NCBI RefSeq assembly: GCF_001194135.2
Contig: NC_068982.1
Coordinates: 165,098,617 to 165,155,482 of the forward strand
From: Octopus bimaculoides
Lineage: Eukaryota
DNA: 56,866 nucleotides
Reading direction: 5' to 3'
The translations under genes and the position numbers were made by a program. Positions 41,480 through 51,599 of this stretch are shown here, piece by piece (position 1 is the stretch's first letter; the number at the start of each line of letters is the position of its first letter). The notes below the pieces were generated by a model. It saw nothing but the letters and a program-made list of their open reading frames with translations, ran no database searches and was not told the origin of the DNA.

Positions 41480-42200
41480 TACCACAAAAATTGCAATTGA
41501 AGGTTGTTCATCCGAGATAAAATCGACGTGGCTTCTGGCAGCTGCATGTTCAAATATTCAGAAGGAAATTACCCGGCTGGACATCCAAGAGAAAACTGTG
41601 CAGAACTGGTGTGGTAAAAAGTTATGTGCAAAAATTCAAGCCACACCAGGGGATATAGAAGTGATCCCAGAATTCATTATTCTACCGGACGAGGCAAAGT
41701 TGTGAGTCTAAGTCCAGGACTGAACCCCTAGATGCTTCGAGTGCTGGATGAAGTGACACATAAAAAAGACGTGCACCCAGACACTGCAACCTGAAGCACA
41801 TCAGAAGGAGAAGAGGAACCAGAGGTTCAGAAGGTACAAGTCGGGAAACACCCTGGTGAGTCGGAGGAAAAGCAGGACACGGTAAAGTAACAGGTGGAGG
41901 AGAGCGACGAGTGGGAGAATGTTTGACCATCAACATCAACTGAAGTGAGTGATGGGAGTGGTCGGTTACAGGGAGGAAGAGGAAGAATAAAGTTCTCGTT
42001 CTCTTCCTCCTTCCAGCACAAAAAGCATGAGAGCAGGCATTCAAACTCGAGCTCAAACAAATAACATTTCGTACATTTCAAACATTTCAAATACAGACAA
42101 GAAAAAAAGTACAACAAAAAAGAAAGTTAACCGCACAACACAGTCACCACAGAGCAAAGACATAGCAGGAACACAAATTAAATAACACTTTAAAATAATT
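41480..42200 (+). pseudogene. L1/Tx1-like ORF1 remnant, divergent subfamily (unit 0)
   Basis: TKIAIEGCSSEIKSTWLLAAAC...IEVIPEFIILPDEAKL*V*VQD*TPR followed by the degenerate CCHC knuckle CFECWMK*HIKKTC (41733-41774). Confidence 0.6.
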
Positions 42201-44290
42201 TTTGTAAAATTTCTGAAAATGTTCAATGGAGTTGCCTAGATCGTTGGTCTTGGGAAGCATCATTCCGCTTTTTTCAATAATCATTATTATCCATTTTTCA
42301 TTCGCTTTTTTGCCCACGTTTGTGTTTTTGGTTTGTACATCTTGTTTGTATTTTACTGTCGCTTCTATGTTTGGTCCATTGAGGACAATGAAGAATGAAT
42401 TCGCAATTTGTCCACCTAGAGTTAGTATACTCATTTACGGTCAGTGCTGCTTCTTTGCTTGTTATATTACGGTTGTTGAATTGTTGAATACTGCTATTAT
42501 GTGTGTTGTTATTACACTATAGTTTTACTACTTTGCGGCGGTCCTGTTATCGATTTCCCCTTGTTTGAGGGGGAAACGCTTTTGGTATAACATAAATACT
42601 GGTTGTGAAAGGTTAAGTCTTTCTGACGTGAATTCAGCGGAGAGTGAATTAATGGAATTCTTGGATGACACAGTGACACAGTGTATTAAAAGTTTGCGGC
42701 TGCGCCCAGGCTACGAAAGAGGGGATAAAGTTTGACATGCAGGATTTAATAAAATACAAGGATCTTTTGAAAAAGGAGTTGCACGAAATTGGATTGACCA
42801 CTCCTAGCAGAGTTACTTAGGATACGTTGAAGAAAACAATAATAATTAAAACGTTTGCACTCAAACAGAAAAAATAGATATGTCATCAAGGGTTCAAATT
42901 GAGAATTGCTTGGGACCAATCTAGCCAGAAATTACGTACCTGGCCAAGGGCAACGAATATGCTTTGTTGGAAGTGCGGTTTCAAACAGGAAATGGCCAGG
43001 CAACACTCTGTGGCCTCCCTGAAGACGGATGAAGTGATTCTACTATCATCATAACCTGGAAGGCGAACTTCTAGGGTAACGGTCGAAGAAATCCCACCGG
43101 GGGTGGATGTTGCCGGGCTGGCAGCGACGATAATATTAGGCTTGGAGGAGAGGATAACAATTCTTCTCCAAGCATTAAGAATGTCAAAGTAAAACTGGCT
43201 ATGGCAAGAGCTAGAGATTATCATCCGGTGGAGGAGAAGGAGAGCAACGCGCGGGAGGACGTAGAAAATATTGTGGACACCAAAATGGTGAGTGACAAGA
43301 GATTGAGAGTAGTGGTGGAGGGCAGGAAGCCACGATGCTTCAAGTGTGGCCAGAAAAGCCACATAAGAGCAGAATGCCCTCCGCCTCCCGACACAAAAGC
43401 ACCGGTGGTACATCCAGTGGTGAAGGAAACCGCACCTCCACCTCATACGGCGACAAACGCAGAGATGGAAGAGAAATGTGACGAGAAAGAGATCAAGACA
43501 CCAGAGGAGAACGAATGGAGCAACGTCTCCACGAGGAAATGGAGAAAGAGTAGGAATAACCACTCCACGGATGCTAGCCTCCACCCTACTCACACTGACA
43601 CCATTCCTCGGCCATCCCCATCAGACACTGACCCAGAACCTGCACACACAGCTACATTTACAAAGGCGGCGAGCTGGCAGAAATGTTAGCACACCGGGCG
43701 AAATGCTTAGCTGTATTTCGTCTGCCACTGCGTTCTGAGTTCAAATTCCGCCAAGGTCGACTTTGCATTCCATCCTTTCGTGGTCGATTAAATAAGTACC
43801 AGTTACGCACTGGAGTCGATATAATCGACTTAATCCGTTTGTCTATCCTTGTTTATCCCCTCTGTGTTTATCCCCTTGTGGGTAGTAAAGAAATAACACA
43901 GCTACACTTACAAACACACAGGAGCCTCAACCCCCCACCCCGGCAAAAAATGCTTTTGTATTGTTATACGAGGCAAGGAAAGCAGCATTAATGATAAAGG
44001 CAGAAGAACTAGAGTCACTCATAAGGGTGAACTTGTCGGTCGGGTGTATCCCCCTTTATATGAGATGTGTGCTCATTCATAGTGACAGTAACCGTGAATT
44101 AAAAGAGACATTTGGGTCAAATATTGGTCCTTTCAGAGTGGAGGTGGCGATTGACTAGTTTCCTCCAGTTGTAGATCATAGTTACTTAGATGCACTTATC
44201 ATCGTAGTGAAACTGTTTTAAGTATAAAAATGGGAGAAAAGTGAGGAAGAAGAAAAACAAAAGAAAAATGAAAAAGAGCCACAATTTGTA
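42200..44290 (+). mobile_element. L1/Tx1-like 5'UTR + ORF1 module (unit 1), no ORF2
   Basis: About 400-nt GT-rich leader, start mutated to ATA at 42592, frameshifted ORF with RVTVEEIPPGVDVAGL and RLRVVVEGRKPR-CFKCGQKSHIRAEC (knuckle 43336-43377). It ends ...HSYLDALIIVVKLF*, followed by an A-rich spacer. Confidence 0.7.
43664..43895 (+). mobile_element. tRNA-derived SINE with 18-bp TSD
   Basis: GGCGGCGAGCTGGCAGAAA..GTTCTGAGTTCAAATTCCGCC.. flanked by ACACAGCTACA(T/C)TTACAA at 43646-43663 and 43896-43913. The empty paralogous site is at about 46246-46265. Confidence 0.88.
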
Positions 44291-44830
44291 AACGTTTTTT
44301 AAAAAAAAGATCAATGAGGCTGCTTGGGATTTGGGGTCCGGGTTATACCGACTTCTCATTTTTTCACATTCCATCGTCTTTTTCATTCGCTCTTTTACCC
44401 CACCTTTTTGTTCGTGCTGTCTTGTCAGATTCGCAATTTAGACACCAAGGGTTAGTGTCGTTATTTACGGTCTGTATTGCTTGTTTGCTTGGTATATTAT
44501 ATTATATTATATTACTGTTGTTGAATCGTTGAACATTGTTGTTGCGTGCGTTTAATACACCATTGTTTCACTGCGTTGCAGCGGTTCTGTTATCGTTTTC
44601 CTCTTGTTTGAGGAGGAGGGGAAACGCTTGATGGTGAAAATTGATTTCAGTTATGGAAGGTGGAGCCTTCCTGATTCGTCAGAAATTGAAATGGTAGAGT
44701 CTACGGTTAATATGAAGCAGGTGATGGAAATGGAAAGAAAAAACGAAAAGTGTGCGTTGACTGTTTTCTTTATAAAAATAATGTTTTTTTTAATAAAAAA
44801 AAAGGAGAAAAAAAGACTCAAACGAGAAAC
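44290..44830 (+). mobile_element. Mini unit (unit 2): same leader and tail, ORF replaced or deleted
   Basis: The leader matches units 1, 3 and 4 (ATTTACGGT, TTGTTG, GGGGAAACGCTT). The tail GGAGAAAAAAAGACTC..AAACGTTTTT matches the unit 3 tail. Confidence 0.6.
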
Positions 44831-46540
44831 GTTTTTTTTTACGTTAGTTCCATGACGCCACTTGGCATGAGGGACTCGAATGGCTGTCAGTCCACCTTTC
44901 ATTTTTTCACATTTCATCGTTTTTAATTCGATTTTTCCCTACATTGTGTTTTTGTCTGTCCTTGTATTATCCCCTCCGTATTTCGACCTTATGTGGTTAG
45001 TTAAGAATAGATCCAGAATATAAACGCCAAGAGTTTCTGTCGTTATTTACGGTAAGTATCAATTGTTTGCTTGTTATATAATGGTTGTTGAATTGTTGAA
45101 CATTGTTACTATGTGTTTAATACACCATTGTTTTACTGCTTTGCGGTGGTCTTGCTATCGTTTTCCATTTGTTTGAGGGGGAAAAGCACTTTTTGTATAG
45201 CATGAACACTGGTTGTGAAAGGTTCAATCTTTCCTACGTGGATTCGTCGTAGAGTGAATTAATGGAATTCTTGGATAACATAGAGAAGGAGCTGTCAACA
45301 CGAAAAAAGATAATGAATATTAACAACAGGGAAAGTATCAAAAGCTTTGCGGCTGCGGCCGACACCTCGAAAGAGGAAATAAAGATTGAAATGCAGGATT
45401 TAATGAAATTTAAGGACCACTTGAAAACGGAGTGGCACGAAATTGAGCTGACCACTCCTAGTAGAGTTACTTAGGATACGTTGAAGAAAACGATAATTGT
45501 TTAAAACAATTTAGTCAAGGAGAAAATAATAGCAATGGCAACAAGTGTTCAAGTCGAGAAGTGGTTGGAACCCATCTGGCCCGAAAATAGTCCCTGGACA
45601 GGAGAAATAAATATGCTTCGCAGAGTGCGGTTTCAAACAGAGGAAATGGCTAGGTAACAATCCGTGGCCTACCTGCAGACGGATGAACGTGAACTTACAG
45701 GTTAAGGGTCGAAGAAATTCCACCAGAGGTGGATGTTGCCGGGCTAGTAGCGGCGATAACATTGGTCTTGGAGAGAGGATAACAATCCTCCAAACATCAA
45801 GAACACCAAAACAAACCTGGCTCGGGTAAGGGCTGGAGATGATAATCCAGGCTGCTCTGGCGGACATAGAAATTATTTTGGACACCCTTTTGGTGGGCGA
45901 CAAGAGATTGAGGGTAATGGTAGAGAGCAGGAAGTCACAATGCGCCAAGTGGCCAGGAAGGCCATATAAGAGCAAAATGCCCTCCGCCTCCAAGAAAAAC
46001 ACCGGTGGTATTTCCAATGGTGTAGGAAACTGCCCCTCCACTTCATACAGCGAAAAACGCAGAAACGGATGAGAAATGTGACGAGAAAGAGATAAAGGCA
46101 CCAGAGGAGAACGAATGGACCAACGTCTCCAAGAGGAAATGGAGAAGGAAGAGGAATAACCACTCTATGTATACTATCCCTCAACCTACACCCTACTGAC
46201 ACCATTCCTCGCCCAGCCTTACCAGACATTGACCCAGAACCTGTGCACACAGATACCCTTACAAACACACAGGATCCTCAAACCCCACGAAAAAAATAAA
46301 TAAATAATTTTGCATTGTTATATTAGGCAAGGAAAGCAGCATGTGCAAAAGAAGTAGAACTAAAAGGTAACCCTGCTGATCGGAGTGTTTCCCCTTATAT
46401 GAGATGTGTGCAAATTGATAGTGAGAGCCTGGTGATTGATTGGCTTCCTCCTGTTATAAACCACAGTCACTTGGACGCACATGTCATCGTAGAGTAAGAG
46501 AAAAGAAACAAGGGGAAAAAAGAGACTCGATTTGTAAACG
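44830..46540 (+). mobile_element. L1/Tx1-like 5'UTR + ORF1 module (unit 3), no ORF2
   Basis: ATG at 45202: MNTGCERFNLSYVDSS*SELMEFLDNIEKELST...; EEIPPEVDVAGLV; LLVGDKRLRVMVESRKSQC (knuckle frameshifted); ends ...HSHLDAHVIV. Confidence 0.7.
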
Positions 46541-47390
46541 TTTTATTTTTTTTTTAAAGTTCAATGAGGCTGCTTGAGATGTAGCAGTCATTCTGCCTCT
46601 TCATTTTTGACATTCCATGTTTTTTTCTATTCGTTTTTACCCCATCTTTTTGTTTGTGCTGTCTTGTCTGTCCTTGTGGTGACCAATCTGTGTTCCGAAC
46701 TTAATAGTTAATAAAGAACAGATTCGCAATTTCAACGCCAAGAGTTTGTCTTTATTTACGGTCAGTATTGCTTGTTGGTTTGTTATATAACGGTTGTTGA
46801 ATTGTTGAGTATTGTTATTTTGTGTGTCGTTAATACACCATTGTTTTACAGCTTTGAGGCGGTCTTGTTATTCGTTTTCCTGTTGATGGAGCGAGGAACG
46901 CTTTTGGTATAACATGAACATTGGTTGTGAAAGGTTAAGTCTTTCTGACGTGAATTTGTCTGAGGGTGAATTAATGGAATTCTTTGATAACATAGAGGAG
47001 GAGCTGTCAAGCGGAAAAAAGGATAATGAATATTAACAACAAGAAAAGTATCAAAAGTTTTTCAGTTGCGACCAGGCTTCTAAAGAGGAGATAAAGTTTA
47101 AAGTGCAGAATTTAATGAAATACAACGACCATTTGAAAAAGGAGTGGCACAAAATTGAGCTGATCCCTCCTAGAAGAGTTACTCAGGATACGTTGAAGAA
47201 AACGATGATCTTTTAAATATTTTTAATCAAAGAGAAAAAAATAGATGTATCAACAAAAGTTCAAGTCAAGAAGTGCTTGGGACCCATCTAGCTAGAAATT
47301 ATGTAACTGGCCAAAGGGTAACAAATATACTTCGGTGGAAGTGGAAGTGCGGTTTCAAACAGAGGAAATGGCCAGGCAACACTCCGGATC
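46540..47390 (+). mobile_element. L1/Tx1-like 5'UTR + ORF1 N-terminus (unit 4, truncated)
   Basis: ATG at 46914; sequence homologous to units 1 and 3 up to EVRFQTEEMARQHS. Confidence 0.7.
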
Positions 47391-47394
47391 CACC

Positions 47395-47740
47395 TTATAT
47401 AAGGGGGTCTTCCTCTCCAACCTTGGGTTAGTAAACATGTTTGCCATCTTAAAAGGAAAATAAGGCTGGATAGGAAATGCCTGTCACTCGATATATATGA
47501 CAAGAGATGGAAGAAATTGGTAAGCATGCTGAGAGTAAATGAGCCTGCTTGAGTGAAAACATAAAGGTGATCAAAGATCTTGTGGGGTCGAATTTTCCCC
47601 CACTCCTTATTGTTTTATCATCCGGTATATTTCATTAATTTTTATTTATATGCTTCACCTTGTGATATCATTCGATCCCCGACCTCCTCTCTTTGTACTG
47701 TTCCCTCTATATTAAGCCTTTATGGTTAATAAAAATCAGT
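47395..47740 (+). mobile_element. Probable Tx1-like ORF2 extreme C-terminus + 3'UTR
   Basis: Frame QPWVSKHVCHLKRKIRLDRKCLSLDIYDKRWKKLVSMLRVNEPA*, similar to recalled ..K.KIR.DRK.L....KRW Tx1-type ORF2 ends. A pyrimidine-rich UTR follows, ending at AATAAA (about 47728). Confidence 0.5.
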
Positions 47741-47744
47741 TCGT

Positions 47745-48110
47745 AATTTGAATGCGCCAGAGAGAACAACGCAGAGAGAACAAGCAATCGATCGATTGCA
47801 AGCAGGGCAGCGTGCCCTGGTTGTTGCGAAAGCTTACAGTGTTCATGTCAGCACCATCTATCGCCTGAAACAGTGATCGAACAGCACGAACAGCACTTAG
47901 ACCGTGCCCGCAGAGGGAGACCCTGGGTGACCACGCTCAGGTAGGACCGCTTCATCCACCTCAATACTCCGACTTCCCTTTTGGTGTCATGATTTGACAC
48001 GAATAAAATAATAAATGAGCAACATAAAAAATCTTTTGTGACATTTTAATTAACGTGTAATATAATACACGCATGTCATGTCATTCACTGTTTTATACCT
48101 CGGAGTATGA
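47745..48110 (+). mobile_element. Tc1-family transposon remnant (N-terminal HTH + right end)
   Basis: TQREQAIDRLQAGQRALVVAKAYSVHVSTIYRLKQ...DRARRGRPWVTTLR*DRFI, then an AT-rich end with CACTGTTTTATACCTCGGAGTAT. Confidence 0.7.
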
Positions 48111-48264
48111 TACATGGTAGGAAAAGTTACCAGAGCAAAAATTCTAAGTGTTGACTGTAGACACGCCCCTTCGTAAATGTTCAGCTGTTATTTTGTAAAC
48201 TATGTTTCGAAACTGTTCATGTGTTTGAAAGGAGAGATCTGACTCTCACAACTCAGTGTAGGAG

Positions 48265-48753
48265 GCCCAGGCTGCCAAAGTTACTTCATTCAACAATATT
48301 ACTCAATAAAGGGAGAAGGGGTTGGGTCGGGTGGGGACGGGTCGGGGGCAGGGAGAAAATAAGAGGTCGGACTGATCTCCGTGGGAGAAGGTAGGCTTCA
48401 CTATTCCTCTTACAAAACTTACATCCGGGTGCCAAATTTGCCTCAATTGATGGTATTACTCGGTGGGGGGGGGCAGGGATAAGGGCAGGGGAAGAAGGAG
48501 GAGGTCAAGCATGTCTCTTTGGGAGGGTATAGGCCACCCTATTCCTTCTGCTAAAGTTATCTCCGGGTGCCAAAGTTACCTCAATTGATGGAATTTCTGA
48601 AAATAGGGTGTGAAGAAGGACTAAAGCTATATATAAACCACCCTAGAGACCCCCGAACACCTCTACAAGTTTCATGCCGATCGGCCCAACCGTTTAGCTG
48701 TGATGTGAGTACAGACGGACGGACGGACGGACATTACGCTCCCATGAATAGAT
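48265..48753 (+). mobile_element. Helentron-associated non-autonomous (HINE/DINE-1-like) element
   Basis: Internal repeats GGTGCCAAA.TT.CCTCAATTGATGG and G-rich runs. The 3' region AAGTTTCATGCCGATCGGCCCAACCGTTTAG..ACAGACGGACGGACGGAC..ATAGAT is typical of this class. Confidence 0.6.
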
Positions 48754-48921
48754 GAAAAGCGTGAAGCTTAGAAATTCATCAGGAACCTATTTCAGTGAGA
48801 AATTACTGATATTTGGACGAAGTGTAAGTGGAGTCTCTTGAGCTGAAGTTCAACTCCCCAGGTAAGGAAAATTTCAAAGAACTGGATTAAGTACCTTCCT
48901 ATTTATCTTCTGATCTCACAT

Positions 48922-49116
48922 CAGGCTCTTCGGATTTTAGCTATATTTGAATCCACGTATCTTTGTGAAGCTGCATTTTCCACGCTCGTTGCTGTCAAAA
49001 CAAAGTACAAAAACAGGCTGAATGTTGAAAGGGACTTACGTTATGCACTCTCTGGCATTCAACCATGCATTCAAGATCTTGTAGCTAAGAAGCAGTGTCA
49101 AGTATCTCACAAATAA
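48922..49116 (+). pseudogene. hAT transposase C-terminal dimerisation domain fragment
   Basis: QALRILAIFESTYLCEAAFSTLVAVKTKYKNRLNVERDLRYALSGIQPCIQDLVAKKQCQVSHK* (Charlie/ZBED5-like TYLCE..FS motif). Confidence 0.88.
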
Positions 49117-50068
49117 TGTGACTCATTCATATTAAATAATTTTTTTATTTTACTAAGCAGCAGTATCAAGTATCTCACTTTTGTTCAAATATGATAATAT
49201 ATAAAATTATATTTTGTATAATGTGACTAATTCATATTCAATAAAAAGAATAAAAACATATTTTAGATTTTATTTAAAATCTGGGAGGAAATTTTATTCA
49301 TAGATGCTAGTGGGAGCGTGGAGTGAAGAACAAATTCCTAGGGGAGGCGTGGTAGTAAAAAGGTTAAAAACCAGATTTAAACTGTATGCAACACCCAAGT
49401 GAACTAAAAACCCTCTTCGTTTAAATTATTCTTATATATTAATGCTCACATACAAACGTCAGTTTGAAAGCCAATGGTGAATAGACAAACTATGAGGATT
49501 ATAACATAAATAAATAGTCAACTTGATTCGGGAAATATCGATACTGTAACACATATCCCACCCTAAAAAAGAAAAAGAAAGAAAGAAAAATGCTTCTGTT
49601 TTCGCTAAGAAAAAATGCGCAAATCTTAATAAAGATATTGCTTGATTGTTTGTATCATTTTCTTTTATACATATTTAATTCTATGATTTGCTTCTATTCG
49701 GAGGTATATGATTTGGCTTATACAGAGAACAGAATACATTGGGTGCGATTCTTTGCTAAGCATTGAAGATACACAATTAATTGTTCAAAACATTGTACAT
49801 TTCTACACATTTCATCAGTAATATTTGTTTACAAGATAATGATATCGTGGTCAGGCATATATTATTACCAAATAAACATTGTTCATTTTAAGTGTGTAAG
49901 CATACGATATATCTTTTATGAAATGGCCTAGGATTGAGAGCGTAGAAAATTATACATAGAACATAGAGAAATGCAAAAAGCAGTTTTTATTTTCAAGTAT
50001 TAAATAATAGTGCTGAAAGATTTTGTATATTTCATCATTCCATACAATCCACCATATATCTATCCATC

Positions 50069-50165
50069 TACCTACCTACCTACCTACCTACCTACCTACC
50101 TACCTACCTATCTACCTACATACATACATACATACATGCATACATACATACACACATGCATACAT
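50069..50165. repeat. (CCTA)n/(CATA)n tetranucleotide microsatellite
   Basis: Directly visible. Confidence 0.95.
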
Positions 50166-50196
50166 AGATCGATGTGTGTATGTATGTATGCATATA

Positions 50197-51445
50197 TTGG
50201 GACATGCCATAAATAATGTCTTTTTTATACTTCATTCATTTTTCAAAATTAAGATAAACAAAGTTCTTTTTTTAATCTAAAATATACTCTCCCTCATTTT
50301 CTACAATGTTTTTTTCATCTATCTTGTAGAATTGCAAAGCCCCTTTTCAAAAATTCACTTCTCCGTGACGAGAAACACTCATCCAGTACTGTTCTAACCT
50401 CGTCTACAGAATTCATATTTTTTCCGTCCAAATGATTTTGAAGATGTAGAATAAATGATAATCAGTTGGGGCAATGTCCGACGAATATGGTGGCTAGAGG
50501 CATCATTTTCCATTCAAACTACTCCAGCCTTTGGAAGGTCATCCTCGCTGTATGTGAAAGAACACGTTTCGTTTTCAAACCAAAGATGGTTGATTTTCTT
50601 CTAGTACTCACTTAAGCCGTTGAAGCGGTTCGCAGTAGTTCTCCTTTGTTATCATTTGGTTTGGTTTTAAAAGTCCAAAGTGGACTAAACTTTTCATATC
50701 GCACCAAACAGATAACAACACCTTTCGTAGATGAAGACCTTCTCTAGCCTGGGGTGCCGATGTTTCTCCTTTCCCTACCCACTGTCTTCGGCGCTTGACA
50801 TTTTTATAGAGAATCCATTTCTCGTTACTAGTCACTATTCGGTCCAAAAAACGTTCATTCGTGAGATGTGACAATAAAGAAAGGCACACATACACTCGCT
50901 GCGTGTGATTAGAATCGAAAAGATTGAGGAACACATTGACCCAATTTGCTGACTTTTCCGATGGCACGCAGGTATCGATGAATGGTTGAATGACCAAATC
51001 CAAACTTCTCTGCTAGTTCCTCAACAGTTACGATGGGATTTTGTTCCACCAGGCTTTGCATGACGTCCTCGTCGAGCTCTACAGATCTTCCAAGATGGGG
51101 CTCGTCTTCTAGGCTGTAGTTTCCGGCTCGGAATTTCTGGAACCACCGTTGATACTGGCTTACGCTTATTGTTCGATCCCCATATACTGCATTAATATTC
51201 CTCGCATTTTCCTTTGCGTCATTGCCTTTATTGAATTCATAAAGCAAAATATACCGAATATGCTCCTTTTCACTTCTATAGCTTTGAAAAATAACTGTTA
51301 AAATCGAACTGCACACTTCAAAACAGGCACTAAAAAAATACTACCTGCTTTTACAACAAGTTGATGCAGGTAGTTTATCTCGTCCCCCTCCGCCTTTTAG
51401 TTCATTCGATTGAAAAAGAACCGCATTATATATGTGATGACCATA
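50197..51445 (-). mobile_element. Mariner transposon, about 1.25 kb, dead
   Basis: TIRs TTGGGACATGCCATAAATAATG and the reverse complement of CCGCATTATATATGTGATGACCAT, with TA flanks. Transposase (about 50272-51279) has EHIR..LLYEF, WFQKFRAGNYSLEDEP, FLDRIVTSNEKWI and PYSSDIAPTDYHLF. The first D is mutated to N and the DNARPH motif is deleted. Confidence 0.92.
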
Positions 51446-51599
51446 TATATATATATATATATATATANNNNNNNNNNNNNNNNNNNNNNNNNNNNNNNNN
51501 NNNNNNNNNNNNNNNNNNNNNNNNNTATATATCAATGTATTATATACCCGAAAAAGATGAACACTCTAAGACATAGAGCAGTAATGCATTAAAAGTAAT

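Larger units (their letters stand above)
41378..49374 (+). mobile_element. hAT (Charlie/Buster-like) transposon shell containing nested insertions
   Basis: Left end (C)AGGTAGTTCTTAACCTGGGGT, right end AAAAAGGTTAAAAACCAG. Identical 8-bp ATTTAAAC on both flanks (41370-41377, 49375-49382), fitting nnnTAnnn. Transposase C-terminus lies near the right end. Confidence 0.75.

Noticed and set aside
42886-46268. Minus-strand ORFs of 235, 196 and 131 aa
   Set aside because: They are antisense to the ORF1-like frames and are not conserved in frame between units.
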